From contig CM041465.1 of NCBI GenBank assembly GCA_023213395.1, positions 154,573,741 through 154,637,740 on the forward strand: DNA of 64,000 nt. The letters are read 5' to 3'. A model generated the notes under the pieces. That model saw only the letters and a program-made list of their open reading frames with translations. It searched no databases and had not been told where the DNA came from. This document shows, piece after piece, positions 12,610 to 26,900 of this stretch (its first letter is position 1; every line of letters begins with the position of its first letter). Source of the DNA: Cycas panzhihuaensis. Its lineage: Eukaryota > Plantae > Cycadophyta. The position numbers and the translations under genes were made by a program.

Positions 12610-14915
12610 TATGAAATATATTACCTTAAAAGTGTATCCTAAAAATATAAATATTCTTGTGTGTTATCTACCTAATGGACTTCTAATCTAGAATTATAAG
12701 TATTAGGGTCTCTAAGAAAAGCTCTTAGTTGATGTCTTATCTAGTGGCACTTGCCCATAAGTGGCAAACAAGGGATCCTATATACTAGTGTGTGAACTCA
12801 AGACTCTATATACCTTACTATGTGGGCTATTAAGATGGTCCAAAACCCCTTTGATTTATTGATCCACCTATATGAGACTTATGCATAGTGATAGATCTAG
12901 TAGTGAGAACTTTAAATAACCAAGGCACTCAGCCCGTCCATGTCTAGCTTGGTCTGCAATCTCTAAATATATATCTTCCACTTTAGCCTACCACCTATTA
13001 CACCTTATAGGCAATGGTTTCTTTAGAAAATTAGAGTAAACAAAGGGCATGTGTGAGATGGTAACTTCAGGGATCCTAACCATTCCCTTGTAAGGCTAGT
13101 ATAGATGTGGTTAACTAGGGAATTATCTTTATTAATATTTTAAATTAATGATAATTTTGATAATCTTACTTATAAATAATATTCCCTTCAATAAATAAAA
13201 TTTAAAAATTTGAAAATAAATGAAAGTAAATGAAATGAACTAAAGTAAAAGGAAGGTTTAGATAGCTCTTGTTAGAAAAACTTGATCCAAAAAGAATTAC
13301 TTCAACCTTCGAGAGTACTCCTATAAAAGAACTAGCCAAAAACACTTATAAGTCTAAATAATGGATTGGAACTGTTAATCAATAGTAAATACTATATTAT
13401 AGTATTAATATAAATTGAAGAAAACTAAAAATTTAGCCTTAAAATGATAAGAAAATCCTCAAATATTAATCAAATAAATAGGTTAAATTTAGTAGAATAT
13501 AATTCCTACAAAATAGATCCAAATTAGTCTTAAAATACCTCTAGGCTATAGTTCTCTAAGTCAACTTTTTGATGGTTTAAGTAGTTTTAAAAATGGACTC
13601 TTGGTTGAAAAGTTATTATAGAAATAATAAGAAGACCTATTCATGATCAGAAAATTAAAAGAGGTTAGGTTTAATCCCCCTTAATAATGTAGCCCCTGGT
13701 CATTCTCTATATATGACCACCTACTAATGGGAAAGGGACTCTACAAAGTTTAAAAAATATATAATATAGAAGATAGTTTTTGAAAACATAAAAATTATAA
13801 AAAAGAGTTAAATAGGTGTTATAATCAACCTCGTTTTATAGAAAATGAGGTCATATGGGACTTAAAGGAGGACTATTGACTAAGTCATAGTGGGGCTACA
13901 AACCTTAATTAAAAATTTAATTTAGTTAAATTTAGTAAAAACTATGTAAAAAATTATATTTCAATGAAGGAATATGCATGAATGTTAATGGATCTATGCA
14001 AGTGATGAATTCACTACAAGAAATTAATGAAATACTTATCCAATTGAAATAAAAAGGATGGAAATTAAATGGTCTAATTCTCTTCCACTTTCTTCTCCAT
14101 TTAAACAATGGGACTCTTAAATTAAAATATATTTGCACAATCATTTTTAGAAGAAATTAGTTCCTCTTCTCCATATAATGACAATATTAAAGTAAAATCA
14201 TAGCTTTGGAAATATATGCATGATAGATGATGAACATACATGGAGAACCCTACTCGGGTTGATCCTTATTTATAAATCCAAATGTGACTTATAGCTTCCC
14301 CACTGTTGAAGCTATTTTAGAGTCTTTTGTGATCACAATAGGAACTCTACTTACATTTTCATGCTAGATTCATCACGTTCGACTATAAATCTACATTTGT
14401 AGTGGAAACTTTGCTTGCTTTCTAATGCCAAACAAATGTCATTTGACTACAAATTCTTGTGCATCTTTAAGTGCAATTTTAGCTACATATAAATTGATTC
14501 TTTGTATAATACAATACATGTATCCTTTAAATAGGAAATATGATTTTAGACGGTTATGACAATGTGATGAAATATTGGAAAAAATCCAAACTAGAATTAG
14601 GTTATGGCATTGTAAAAATGTTGATAATGGTTATGCTTTCCTACCTTGCTTGGCTCTTTATATTGCTGAGAAACTATGGCAAGATATAGAGAATAGGAAA
14701 TTGCTTACAAATCTTCTTGAGAAAAGTAGTGGTGAGGTACCTAATATGGTCTTTGTAGAAGAGAAATTAATGACTCTTAGATATAAGGATTTAAGAAAGA
14801 CGTCTAGACAACAGGAGTCAAATGAGGCTCTAGTTTTTTAGCTGACTAGACCAGAGCTTCTTCATGTGATTAACCTATAACAAAATGAGTTCAAGCAAGA
14901 GAGACTGATACCAAA

Positions 14916-15344
14916 CATAAAAAAAATAATACCAAACAAATATACAATATGAATCAAATATTTATCACACTTTGTGAGCTTTGTAATGCTTTGTAACAAA
15001 GAAATATGTAAATATTTATTTATAATATGCCCTTAAGTCTCTATAATACTTTATAATGCTCTAATATGAAATTAAGGGTGAGTAGGAGTCAGAGGGAGCA
15101 TATTATTCTACAAAGGACATGATTGATAACAAATTTATAACATATAAAGGCAGTGCTAAAAAACACCTAAGGGGCTTACGACCCAATATATATAGATAGA
15201 AGTTGGTTGGAAGCCCAACATCTACTGTCTTTTAGTGTTTAAAAACACCATTTAAAAAAATATTATCCATTGAGCTATTTTCGGCTCCACCAACCCCAAT
15301 GTCAATGCACATACAATAATAATTTAAATGAATATTATCTAACA
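14916..15344 (-). repeat. 5' LTR of A
   Basis: Adjacent to the PBS revcomp at 14903-14913, ends TCTAACA, and matches 975-1235. Confidence 0.85.
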
Positions 15345-17826
15345 TTTATCACTTTTTAAAAAGGTATTATTTCTAGAAAGTTCCCTTATCTCAAAGAGAA
15401 TAAGAAGTTGTTTAAGATATTCTCTCATATTATGATAATTTTCTAATGAAGATAAATTAAGTTATTAGATATCATTTCATTATGTTGTGAAATTATCACA
15501 CTTGTTATTATTCCATCCCTTGTGCATTGTAACATTTATTATTTCAATACTTATTTTAAATATAATTTATAATGACTATTTATATTCTCACTTTTAAGTT
15601 TTAATATTTGATAGTACTCAAGACCTTATATTATTATCTATTATTGGAATGCTATCAAAACATGTTCATGGCCAATTAGGGATCTTTATGAAAAGTCCTA
15701 CAATTTTGGAGATGTAAATAATGGAATTTCTAGAAAAAAATTATAAATCAATATGAAAAAAACAAAGATATAAATTTTGGGAGGTTATCATGCATACTTT
15801 AAGGTATATTCATTGAATTTATAAAGTTTTCAATCTTAGTTTGTTGTCAATTATTATCTATGGGCTCAAGTAATCTACTATATCAATGTTTAATGACTAT
15901 TACAAGGGTTATAAGTATCTAAGTACCCTCAAATATTTTCTTATTTAGTATAACTTGAAAGATGCTTTCTATTAAAAGTGGTTTTAATCAAATTAAATGA
16001 TAAGATCATAAATTATTTTTATATTAGTAAGAGGTACTATTATTATCCCTAAACCTCTTAAGTTTTAATTAAATTTAAGAGGTTGTTAGAAAAGATTTAG
16101 GTCTCATAATCACTTAAAATTAGATTCACTAGAAGTATATTTTAGAGATTGGATAATTTTATATAAATCCTTATAGTTAAGATTATCCTTACTAAGTAAT
16201 TACATGCCTTCACCACTAAAATAAAAGGTTTCCTTATCAGGATAGATGATGACTGAGTAAATGCGAAGAATGCAAAAAGTAAGCTTCCAATACATTAGAA
16301 TAATCTTATAGGAAAAGTGTAATGAGAGATAGATAGCCTTCAAATAGAGATGAGAAGGATACTCATAAAAGTAGAAGAACCCAAAGGTAAATAAGTTTAA
16401 GGAAATAGGAACCAAGATAATTTCAAGTAACTGCTAGATAGTAATGAATCAAAAAGCCACCTAAGAATGCTTAAGAAGGAGCTAATGAACTTTAGAACAT
16501 GAAATTCTAATTAGAGGATTTTGACCCTAATCAAAGTGTAAAGGTATAGCTTACAGAAATAAAAATATAGTTGAATATTTAGCCATGCTTAACAATAGAG
16601 AATCTTGTTTTCTTATGTCAACCTAAATAAGAAGGCCCTAAATAAGTTGAAATGGTGGTGGGAGGACTATAATGACACTACTACTTTTAGTTACTCTTTC
16701 TTCTTAGTAGCCATGTGTGAAAAGCATAAAGAAACTTGAAATAAAGATTTCTTTACATATCTAACTTGACTATAGCATATGGACTTAATATAATAATACA
16801 CTAACAAATTTTAGACTCTTTAAAATATGTTCCTGACACTGGTAAGAAATTAGGTCTTACTAGAATCATATATAAAGGGACTCAAAGAACACATCTAGTA
16901 TATGCTTAACATTAACCAAGTGGATCATTTGAGCTAAGAAATAACTCATTCAAGGAACATAGAAGCCAAATTTCCTATAACAAGAAGGAAAGCATATATA
17001 AGAAGGAAGAAGAAGAACTTCCAAGGCAAGCCATCTATGGGAGAAGTAAGTAAGGGAGTCAATAAGTGATATCCATTTAGGATGAAAAGGTTAATAACCC
17101 CAAATGAAGAAAAACAAATTAAAAATAATAACATCAATCTAACATACTCTAAATGCATAAAAAATTGGACTCAATTTAAATATATATTGAAATTATATAA
17201 TGATCATCATTGCCCAAAGAATTGATTTTTATGATGAATAAAGAATATGAAATAGGTAGAGATGAGGCCATGAAAGAATCATAAGAAGAAGAAGAAAATT
17301 AAAGAGATATGATTAATGAATTAATGCATGATATATAGCTAAATATAAATGGAGTTTAAATCTCACTTTAGGCCATGAGTGGAATAGTCACATCACCAAA
17401 GACATCCAAGTTAAAGGGGCATATCAAGGATACTAAGGTTTCAATCTTGGTAGATAAAGGAAGTATTTATAAATTTATAAATCTAAAGACAACATAGAAA
17501 ACTAGGCTCTATATCACATTATTTGAGTAATTCTAGGTGGATGCATTTGCATTAAGGCTAAAGTTAATATTAATCACTATGCATTTCAGGCTTACATGAT
17601 TATGATATTGATTGGAGGGTTACATATTATTCTAAGAGCATAGTGGATTCAACTATTAGAAAGTTTCCTTATAAATTATAATAAAATATTCATAATTTAT
17701 TAATAAAAAAATAGGTACAAATTAAAAGTACCCTCCAAATCAAATAGTCTCATTACATTGTATACAAAAGACTATCAATGATTATATATAAGGCTAGTTG
17801 TTAGTTGTTATTCTATAGCTATATCA

Positions 17827-18320
17827 TAGAGAGAAAATATAACCACAGAAGTAATATATTAATAGAAATCTAAACCATAGAAAAATAAATAATATAAATA
17901 AATAAAGTACACAACAAATAACACTAAGAGATTCTAGTTTAAGAATAAACCTTTTATTAATTTGAGCAACAACTAAAGAATTACAAAGATGAAAACCCTA
18001 ACTTTCTTCTCATTGACTCATCAAAGACTTATTTAACCTTCTTATATATATCATTATAGAAGAATATATAGACACAAATTTGCAAGATATTACCTCATGG
18101 GTTTATGATATAATAGGCATAAACCATGGGTTTAAAAAGACCCCCATAAGATACCAATTTTTTTTTTCAAAGCTCATATCCTTAAAACCTCGTATGGGGG
18201 GTCATTGCCCCCTAGATCCTCAATTAAGGGCCTTACCATAGGCCCTTAGACCCTACTAAGGGGCTCAGGTATAACACCTATATTCAATTAATACTTGAAA
18301 AGTATTCAACATATCTAATA
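17827..18320 (-). repeat. 3' LTR of C
   Basis: Matches 21971-22460 (e.g. ACTTTCTTCTCATTGACTCATCAAAGACT). Confidence 0.92.
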
Positions 18321-21300
18321 ATCTCCCACTTATTGAACACTTTATATGAAACTTGCATATACAACTATTAAATGCCAAAATCATAAACATTCATTACCTT
18401 TCTATACCATTTGAATCTTTTTGTGCTAATAATCTTGATCAATAAGTCTATAGAATTATCCCATGTAGCAACCTTCTACAAATCCACCTTGTGGTAGTAA
18501 ACTATTTCTCTTATAAAATGGAACTGCACATTAATATTCTTTGATTAAGTATGAATTAAACTTTAACTATCACAATCTATCCTTATAATATCCTACTTGA
18601 AGACAATATTTGTATATAATCTCTATAACTAAACTACTTCTTTAAATATATGAGTAGCTACTATATACTCTACTTATATGCTAAAAAGTTCCACAACTTA
18701 TTATCTTTTGCTCATCCAACTAACTGCATTGCCACAAAGGGTAAAATATACCTAGTTTTAGATCTTCTACTTTTAAGATCTCTAGCCTAATAAGTATCGG
18801 TAAATCCTTTTAGGTTTACTATTCTAGTCTCTATGGGATCTCTTTGTTGGTAAATTATACATTTTGATATAGCTTACAAACACCTAAAATCCTTTTCATA
18901 TCTATCTAACACTCCCTACATAAGTTTGATATTTACCTACTAATTGGTCATTAATATTACCAACTAAAAGTATATCATTAATATGTAAAACCAAAATAAT
19001 AAAGTAATCACATACTAGTTTATAATAAACACAATGATCCACTTTTCTACATATAAAGACATCCACTAATATATATGAATCAAACTTCTAATACCATATC
19101 TTTAGTGACTATTTCAAGTTATATAATGACTTCTTTAACTTCCATACCATATCCTCCTTCCCTACAACTTTAAAACCTTTAAGTTATGACATATAAATTT
19201 CTTCCTTAAGGACACTGTGAAGAAATACAATCTCCACATGTATCTAATCCGCCTCAAGATCATATATAGATACTATATCCAACAAAAATCTAATTGAATC
19301 TACTTTTTCAATGGGAGAAAATATATTACTAAAATCTAGTCCCTTGATTTGGGAATAACCTCTTGCTACTAAGACAACCTTATACTTTTTCATAATACCA
19401 TATACCTAAAACTTCTTAAAAATTATTTGTTATCAATAAGATTTCTACCATTAGTGAGATCTAGCAAATACTATGTATTATTTCTATCCAAGGCCATCAT
19501 TTGATCTTCTATGGCCTTCATCTAGAATTGGATCTACTTTTTCTAAATAGTACCCAAGTCATCATCTACAGTAGATAAAATAAAAGAGGAGTGATGAAAG
19601 TCTTTAGGAATATACATTTTAGGTTGTCTTCTTTTACAAGTTGATCTCCTTAAGATGCAGGGTTCTTAAGGTTAGGTCACCTCCTCACTGGTCTTTTTTC
19701 TTTAGTTGATTCATATTCTGATGTAGAATCTCCATCCCTTATCTCAAACTATACCTTTTTAGAGTCTTCATCTTTTGATTCTTCATCATATTTTAGAAAC
19801 TTGAATTCCTCTCTAAAGAAAGGGTATAAAGTTTGTACCCTTTAACACTATCACCTTAACTAATAAAAATAGTCTTTTATGCCTTAAAAATAAGCTTAGT
19901 CCTCTACATGTTAAGAACAAGCATGAAATTTTCACAACTAAAAACTTTAATATGACCAAGAGATGGCTTCTTACTAGATCACACTTCCTCAGGTGTTTTG
20001 TATACTAACGTAGTCATGAGTGATCTATTTATCAGGTAGCTTGTAATCATCATAGCCTCAATCTAAAATTTCTTCTCTAAACTAGTAGCACTAAGCATAC
20101 TCCTCAATCTCTCTAGTAAGGTCCTATTCATCCTTTTAGCAACTTTATCCTACTATGGTATATAGAAAGTTATCTTTTACCTTGTTATCCCATATTGCTT
20201 ACAGAACTACTTAAACTCCTTTGAGCAAAACTTGTCTCTATTATTAGTCCTCAACACCTTGATTTGTTTATCATTTGATTCTCTACCAAGGCCTTAAATT
20301 AATTAAATTTACTAAAGACCTCATATTTTTGGATGAGAAAGTATAACCATATATTTCCTAAGAAATCATCTATAAATGAGATAAAGTATTTAGATCTACC
20401 AAATGAGGATATATTAATATATCCAAAAATATTATTCTGGACTAGTTGTAGAATACCCTTTACTCTTTTTAACTTATAATAAAACTAACTTGATTTTATG
20501 TTCTATAAATATAATACTCATAGAAATTAAAATCAAAGGATCCATTAATTTTAGAGATGTATTCTACCATACCTTTGGAGAATAAATAATGGAGGCCTTT
20601 CTCTCTAATATGGCTCAATATTTGATGATATAGTATAGTTTTACTAATAAGTGATACCTGAATCTTACTTGTATTATTACTACTTTATGTAATAGCTAGA
20701 CTACAACTGGTAATATATACTCTACCTATATCAAGCTTATATATCATTCTAAATTGGATTCCTTTTGCTAACATAAATATTCCTTAAATTATTTTACAAC
20801 TATCTTTATTGAAAATCAATTTTTTTCATAGCCAAACTCAGAATATGACTCACATTAAGGATAGTTTTAACCTTTTCATCTCTAAACTAAACCTTTATAT
20901 TTTTGTGACCTAAAATTTTATATGGGTCAAAATTTGTGAGGAATACTTCACCTCTATCAATACTTTTATCTTTAGAAAATCACCCCCTATGAGGAGTAAC
21001 ATGAAGTGAGGCACTAGAGTCAATTAACCAAGACTCAACATTTGATAACTTGCCTAAGATTACTAACTAAACATCTCCATCAACTTCATCTAAATTTTTT
21101 ACTATCGTGGAAGAAGTAGCTTCAGGTGGTTTTCCTTTACAACCTCAAATCAATATTAGCTCTTCAAATAGTTAGTCTTTCTACATCTCTAACATACCAA
21201 GAGGCTTCTACTTAGAGATTCAAAATTTCCTCTAGATTTTGGTCATTTGTTCTTATGTCTTTATTAGTTATAATATAATATTTGACCTCTTACTACTAAT

Positions 21301-21970
21301 GTTTCTTTTAAATAATTCATAGAATATTTTTATCTTGTATATTTTCATAACAAGGTGGTAATAACATTGTCAAATTTTAATATTCTAATAATTATATTAC
21401 TAATCATCATCACAAGATTATCCTAGGAATTAGGAAGTGAATATAATAGGGTAATACACTTGTCTTTCTCAAATATTATTATTCCAACTAAAATAAGTTA
21501 GCTCACCAAGGTGTTAAATGTAGTAAGATGATTTAGAACTATATCTTCATCACTCATTCTAAGTGAATACAAGTTTTTCTTAAGAAATAACTTATTAATT
21601 AAGGACTTAGTATAATATGGAGTCCCTAACTTATCCCATAAATCTTTGGTTATAGACTCTATGGTAACATTCAATAATATCATGTTTAAAAGGTATAACC
21701 TTATGAAACAAATTATTGTTTTATCAAGATTATTTTAGTTTTCATAAACCAGATCTGTAGGCTTCACACTTGCCACAACAATCTATTATTCCTTCTTTAT
21801 AAGGATATCTTCCATCTTTATCTTTTATAACTTAAAGTTCTAGCCATTAAACTTTTTGATCTCTATCTTTATAGTGCTTCCTATAATCCTGACACTCAAG
21901 TTTAATATATAAGACTTCTACTTATCAAAGATCTTCCTATAGAAATAAAACCCTCATCTCTAATACCAAA

Positions 21971-22460
21971 TAAAGAGAAAATATAATTAAAAAAATAATG
22001 TATTAATAAAACTCTAAATCATACAAAGAATAAATAACATGGAAAACTAAATACATAACAAAAAACACTAAGAGATTCTAGTCTAAGAATAAACCTTTTA
22101 TTAATCTTAATAATAACTAAAGAATTATAGAGATAAAAAACTTAACTTTCTTCTCATTGACTCATCAAAGACTCATCCAACCTTCTTATATATATTATTG
22201 TAAAAGAATATATAGATATTAATTTATAAGATATTGCCTTGCAGTTTTATAATATAATGGGCATAAACCATGGGCTAAAAAAGACCTACATAAAACACCT
22301 AAATTTTTTTCTTGGGGGCTCTTCCCTTCAAACCCCTCATCTAGGAGGTCATTGACCCCCAATATCCCTTATCAAGGGGCCCTATAATAGGCCTCCAAAC
22401 CCTATTAAGGAGCTTAGGTATGACATCTATATCTATATAATAATTGTAAAGTATTCAACA
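21971..22460 (-). repeat. 5' LTR of C
   Basis: Matches 17827-18320 and lies next to the PBS. Confidence 0.9.
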
Positions 22461-22714
22461 TATTAAAAAAAGGTTGTCCATCTTCATATTTTAGATATAT
22501 TATATTAGTTCTACAAAGATTTTAAGGATATTCTATAAAAATCATTACTAAGTAGAAGTATAAAGCATATTATTAAATTAGAATTCAAAACTATGCCTAT
22601 CATAATATTAACCTTTATACGTACTTTTAATATTATAAGATAAAGATTGAGGAAATTATCTAAGAGTTGTTAGATTAAGGTGTCTTTCTTTAAACAAAGA
22701 GAGAACTTATGGTT

Positions 22715-23113
22715 GGTTATATAATCATATATAATTAGGGGAACCATGACACTAGTACTTATGGTTAAGATACTAAGAGATTAAGTACTAGTTATTAACT
22801 TTTATGTATGGGTCATTAAGGTTGTCAATGAAATATAAAGGTCGTTTAGCCCGCTAATAGTATTTTAAAGAGAAGGCCTTTTTTTTTTCTATTTAAAAAC
22901 CATAAATTATAAAGGAAAAATATTATGTAGTCATTTTCTCTTAAGAGATTGGTATTTTGGTACTCTTTTAATCAACTTTAACATCCATTTATTCTCTTTG
23001 GTATTCCTTAATTAGATTTTTTATTTTATTTTAATAATTAAAGTGCTATATTTCCTGCTCATTTTCTTTACTTTCTTTATTTTGTATGAGCAAATAGGTA
23101 TAGTAGTCTCTCA
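22715..23113 (+). repeat. 5' LTR of G2
   Basis: First ~155 bp match 43848-44002. Ends CTCTCA before the PBS. Confidence 0.8.
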
Positions 23114-23976
23114 AGTGGTATTAGAGATAGTTTTCTAAATCCAATAAGAAGTAGTAAGTGTAAAGGAAACTAAAGAGGAAAGAAAATATTTTCCCTTAAT
23201 GTACCATTGTAACCATTTATAAGTTTTATCTATTTTTTTTTAAGATGGTATCTACTAAATATTATGCTAAGTCTTTAAAGTTATAAGTGGACAATAAAGT
23301 GCTACCCTATCTTATCCATTTTTCCTTAGTGGTCAAGTAGAGACCCTATATCAGGGGTCTATAAACATCATGGAGATTTATCCTTTTGAGTTAATAGTAT
23401 ATGGCCATAAATATATACATGATGTAAAGTGGTATAACAACACTTATATAACCTTCAAATAGAACTTATCTACTGATGTGTTCCTATATGTACTATCAAA
23501 TATATAAGAGGACCCCTTTAGGTTTTCTCCTTCTAACCTAGAATAGAAAAATAATTGGTCATTTATCTATTTATGGTACATGGGTTAGTAATTAGTGCCT
23601 AGAAGTTACTCTACCTAAATAACTCTGCATGGTTATAGATCTTATGGGAATATACATTCCTTTAAAGATACTACCCTAATACATTAGGCTAAGCTATATT
23701 AATGATAGGAAAGTTTATTGTAAGCCCTATAGAGCTAAACACTCCTTTTCTACGTGTCTAGTAGGCTTTTCCCAATGTTACTTATTGCTTTCTTAATAAA
23801 GATATCCATCACAAAATTATCCACATTGTTATATCCTTATAAATAAAATTATTTATGAATAACACTCTTGCAACTCTTGGTATAATCCCTTTTATTATTA
23901 TATATCTAAAGATACTGCTATATATCTAAAGATATATAGTTTAATTTTACAACAATAGTACCTCATGAATATTAAT

Positions 23977-26900
23977 TGAAAGAGGTTAATATATTAATGT
24001 CATTTATGTAGATTAATTAAGTGACCTTAGGGTATATTATTAGTGTTTATCTCTTAGTGAAATGTGCTTTATGTGTATTTAGATGTAATTTTAGGTTTAT
24101 ATCATTAGGTAGAAAAATCTTAACTCTAATACTCACTCTTGATAATAAAAGACGAAATCTCAATGAGGGAGTCATTATTCATTATCACCTCCAAGATTTA
24201 CTCTTATATTTTATTTTAATGTCTTTTTCATTCTCCATTGTCATTGTATATACGTGAGTGATTTATTTCCTAAATCCATCATTCTTTCACGTAGTATCAG
24301 AGTTAGAAGGAGATCTATTCACTCCATTCTACTTGCATGGAGTCATTTTGCCTCTCCTTTACCTCTAATATGAATTATTGAGAGTGAACTTATTATTTTT
24401 AAAATTTTGAAAGCTTTTTTATCATGCAAATCTTGTGTTTCATTTACATCATATTTTAGTATTCTCTATTTATTTACAGGTTCATTGAAGATCAAAATTG
24501 TTAGCTGGAAGAAGGTTTCCTAGCTTTAGGCTCCTGAAAAAAATTATTTTTTTATTAATCTTTGTAGCTAATTTTAAATTTTATTAAGGTAGATTCTATT
24601 AATTTTTCATGATAAATTAATTGTTAGTTATAAAATCTATGATGTAAAGGTATAAGGAAAATTTTTAGCTACTTGTAGGTGGTAGAAAATAGTTGAAATC
24701 ATTTAAAAAAAGAATGTTCATCCTATAAGAAGTAAAAAATAAAAGTTATTTATGTTTTCTAAACATTTATAGAGAGGGATGCCCAAGTAAGATAAATATT
24801 TTTATCTTCTATACCATCTCCAAATTCTGCCTCAATCAGCCTAAAAAAAAAAAGGTTTAGACAATCCTAATCTGACTACTTTTTGATAAATTTTCTCAAA
24901 ACTTTTAATGCATGTTAAAAATTCTTAAGGGATTTAGTAGATCTAACCTTAAGGAATCCAAAAAATCAAGTTTTATTAGGTATGATGCACCAGAGAGAGA
25001 GAGATCCTTTTAAAATTTAGATTTCTTCTAAGAAAAGTCTCGTAAGAGATTCAACGAGTTTCAGGTTATTTCTGCTCATTTTTAGAAGTTTTGCTAGAAG
25101 ATTTTTTAACTTAGTATAGTGAGATCTATCATCTAAGAGAGTTAAGTTTTAAGATAAAATATTTCAACTATTTTGTATAGTTATATGGCCATATAGAAGT
25201 TTCTAATAGAAGATTCAAATTTTTCTCGTTTTTCCTAATACTTTTTATTTTGGTTATAATTTAAGTTTAGAAATAATTCTTTTAGTTTTTTACTTTTTCC
25301 CTTTTCTTAATAAAAACGAAGGGGTATTTTAAATACAAAAAGCAAAAATAACTCATTGTAATAGTAAAACACCTGGATCATAATAAGATCCAGTGTTTAT
25401 ACTTAGTATCTTTACATATTTATTCATTTACATGCATATTGATAGACAAAAGTAATATAAATGAGGCATAAAAGCAAGTATCAATATATTAGTAATTTAT
25501 TTCAACAATATAATCATAAATATATTTGCAGATTCCCTAAAATGAACCCATTATTTTTTACTTATACTACTAGCTCTAGACTTATGCGCATACTCACATT
25601 CATTGAAATAGACCATGGTTGGCTGAAGTTTGGGCCTTAAGGAAGGTGCGAGTTTCATACTGGGTTTGGTCTTAACCATAATACTGGTAAAGCAATAAGT
25701 CAGTTATACCTACGGGCTCCTTTTAGAGATTATCATGATAACTATCTATGACAACTAAAACTTTAATATAAGATTAAAATGAACTCAGTCTAATATATAT
25801 CATAGTTGTGGGATACACACATACCATTTGACTCTTAAGAGGAGGTATATAGTTACTCACTAGTAAATTGGATAAGAACTAGAAGTACCTAGGCTCTACT
25901 ATGACTTGGATTTCATCACCAAGCATAGGTGCAGGTATTGCGGGGGAAGGCTTTAATCATATACTAGAAGCATTAGGCATCGAAACCTCACCTACATTTA
26001 GATATAAGTTAGAGGTTGGTGGCATGACACATCACCACTCTTTACTAGTTCTACATTAGGCTCTATTCTTATATCATTACTTATACTCATTACTTATACT
26101 TATTAAAAAATATTTAATCATTACCTTCCTTCTCATCATACCATTCATTTTTATATCCCTATTGCACTAGGTGTACTAGCCACATATGTCAATGGCATAT
26201 ACTTCTATCATCTCTTGTACTTCTTCATCATTACCATGTCATCTTAATTTTAGTAAAACATCAATTGCATATTAAAAGGTAAAGAAAAATAAGATTTATG
26301 GTACAATGAAGTTAGAAATACAGCAAAGTATAAAGGCCTTTATAAAAACCACTTACAGCTTACACCCATCATACCTACAACAACTACAACACCTACTTTG
26401 AATAGAACTGCTCCAACAATTCCTACAAATGGCATAGCCAAACTATAATAGGAGATAGATAATAAAAAGATTTGTATAAGAATTCTATTAGTTACTAAGC
26501 ACTCCTTAAATAATTTAATTTATGGAGAGGAACATGATATCGCTTAGAAGATCCTTGAAGTTCTCAAGAAGAACTTTGATAACATTCCAGACTTTGAATT
26601 TATTTATCTTATTTTAAAAAAGAACAACTTTAAAATGTATGAGGGATAAGCTTATGACATAATAAATATCTTTTAACTAATAAAACAGATAATTGACAAA
26701 GATTTTAGACCTAATGCATCACTTGGGCATTCTTGATCCAATCATATCTACATGTCCCTGATTATAAAAACTTGCTTAGAAGTCTTTAATCTAGTGGAAC
26801 ATTAAAGATACTCAACTTCGAAACACTTGTTTAGAAGTTCATAGAATTTGACAAGACCATCAATGCCAACTTTGTAGCCTCTAACTCTCTTCTATATGTA

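Larger units (their letters stand above)
975..15344 (-). mobile_element. Ty1/Copia LTR retrotransposon A, degenerate, interrupted by element B
   Basis: LTR copies at 975-1235 and ~14916-15344 (shared AAGGGTGAG..GGAGTCAGAGGGAG and ATTATCTAAYA end). Met-type PBS (revcomp GACTGATACCA) at 14903-14913. PPT (revcomp ATTCTCCCCT) at 1236-1245. Copia order gag-PR-INT-RT-RH on the minus strand. Confidence 0.92.
17827..22460 (-). mobile_element. Ty1/Copia LTR retrotransposon C (Tnt1/Tork-like gag), internally deleted
   Basis: LTRs 17827-18320 and 21971-22460. PBS revcomp CTCTAATACCA at 21958-21968. PPT revcomp ATCTCCCACTT at 18321-18331. TSD TATCA/TATTA. Gag fragment DLWDKLGTPYYTKSLINKLFLKKNLYSLRM. Confidence 0.92.
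16370..22700 (+). mobile_element. Ty3/Gypsy fragment G1 (gag, protease, start of RT), interrupted by C
   Basis: Protease-like IQVKGHIKDTKVSILVDKGSIYKFIN near 17405-17480. After C it resumes with KHIIKLEFKTMPI..YKIKIEEII*ELLD, the pre-RT region. LTRs not firmly identified. Confidence 0.75.

Noticed and set aside
13932-14841. ORFs in the A leader (70 and 88 aa)
   Set aside because: No recognisable motifs, and no evident counterpart in the B/E leaders.
15650-15661. Possible PBS of G1 (TGCTATCAAAAC)
   Set aside because: Three mismatches to the canonical PBS and no second LTR copy to confirm it.
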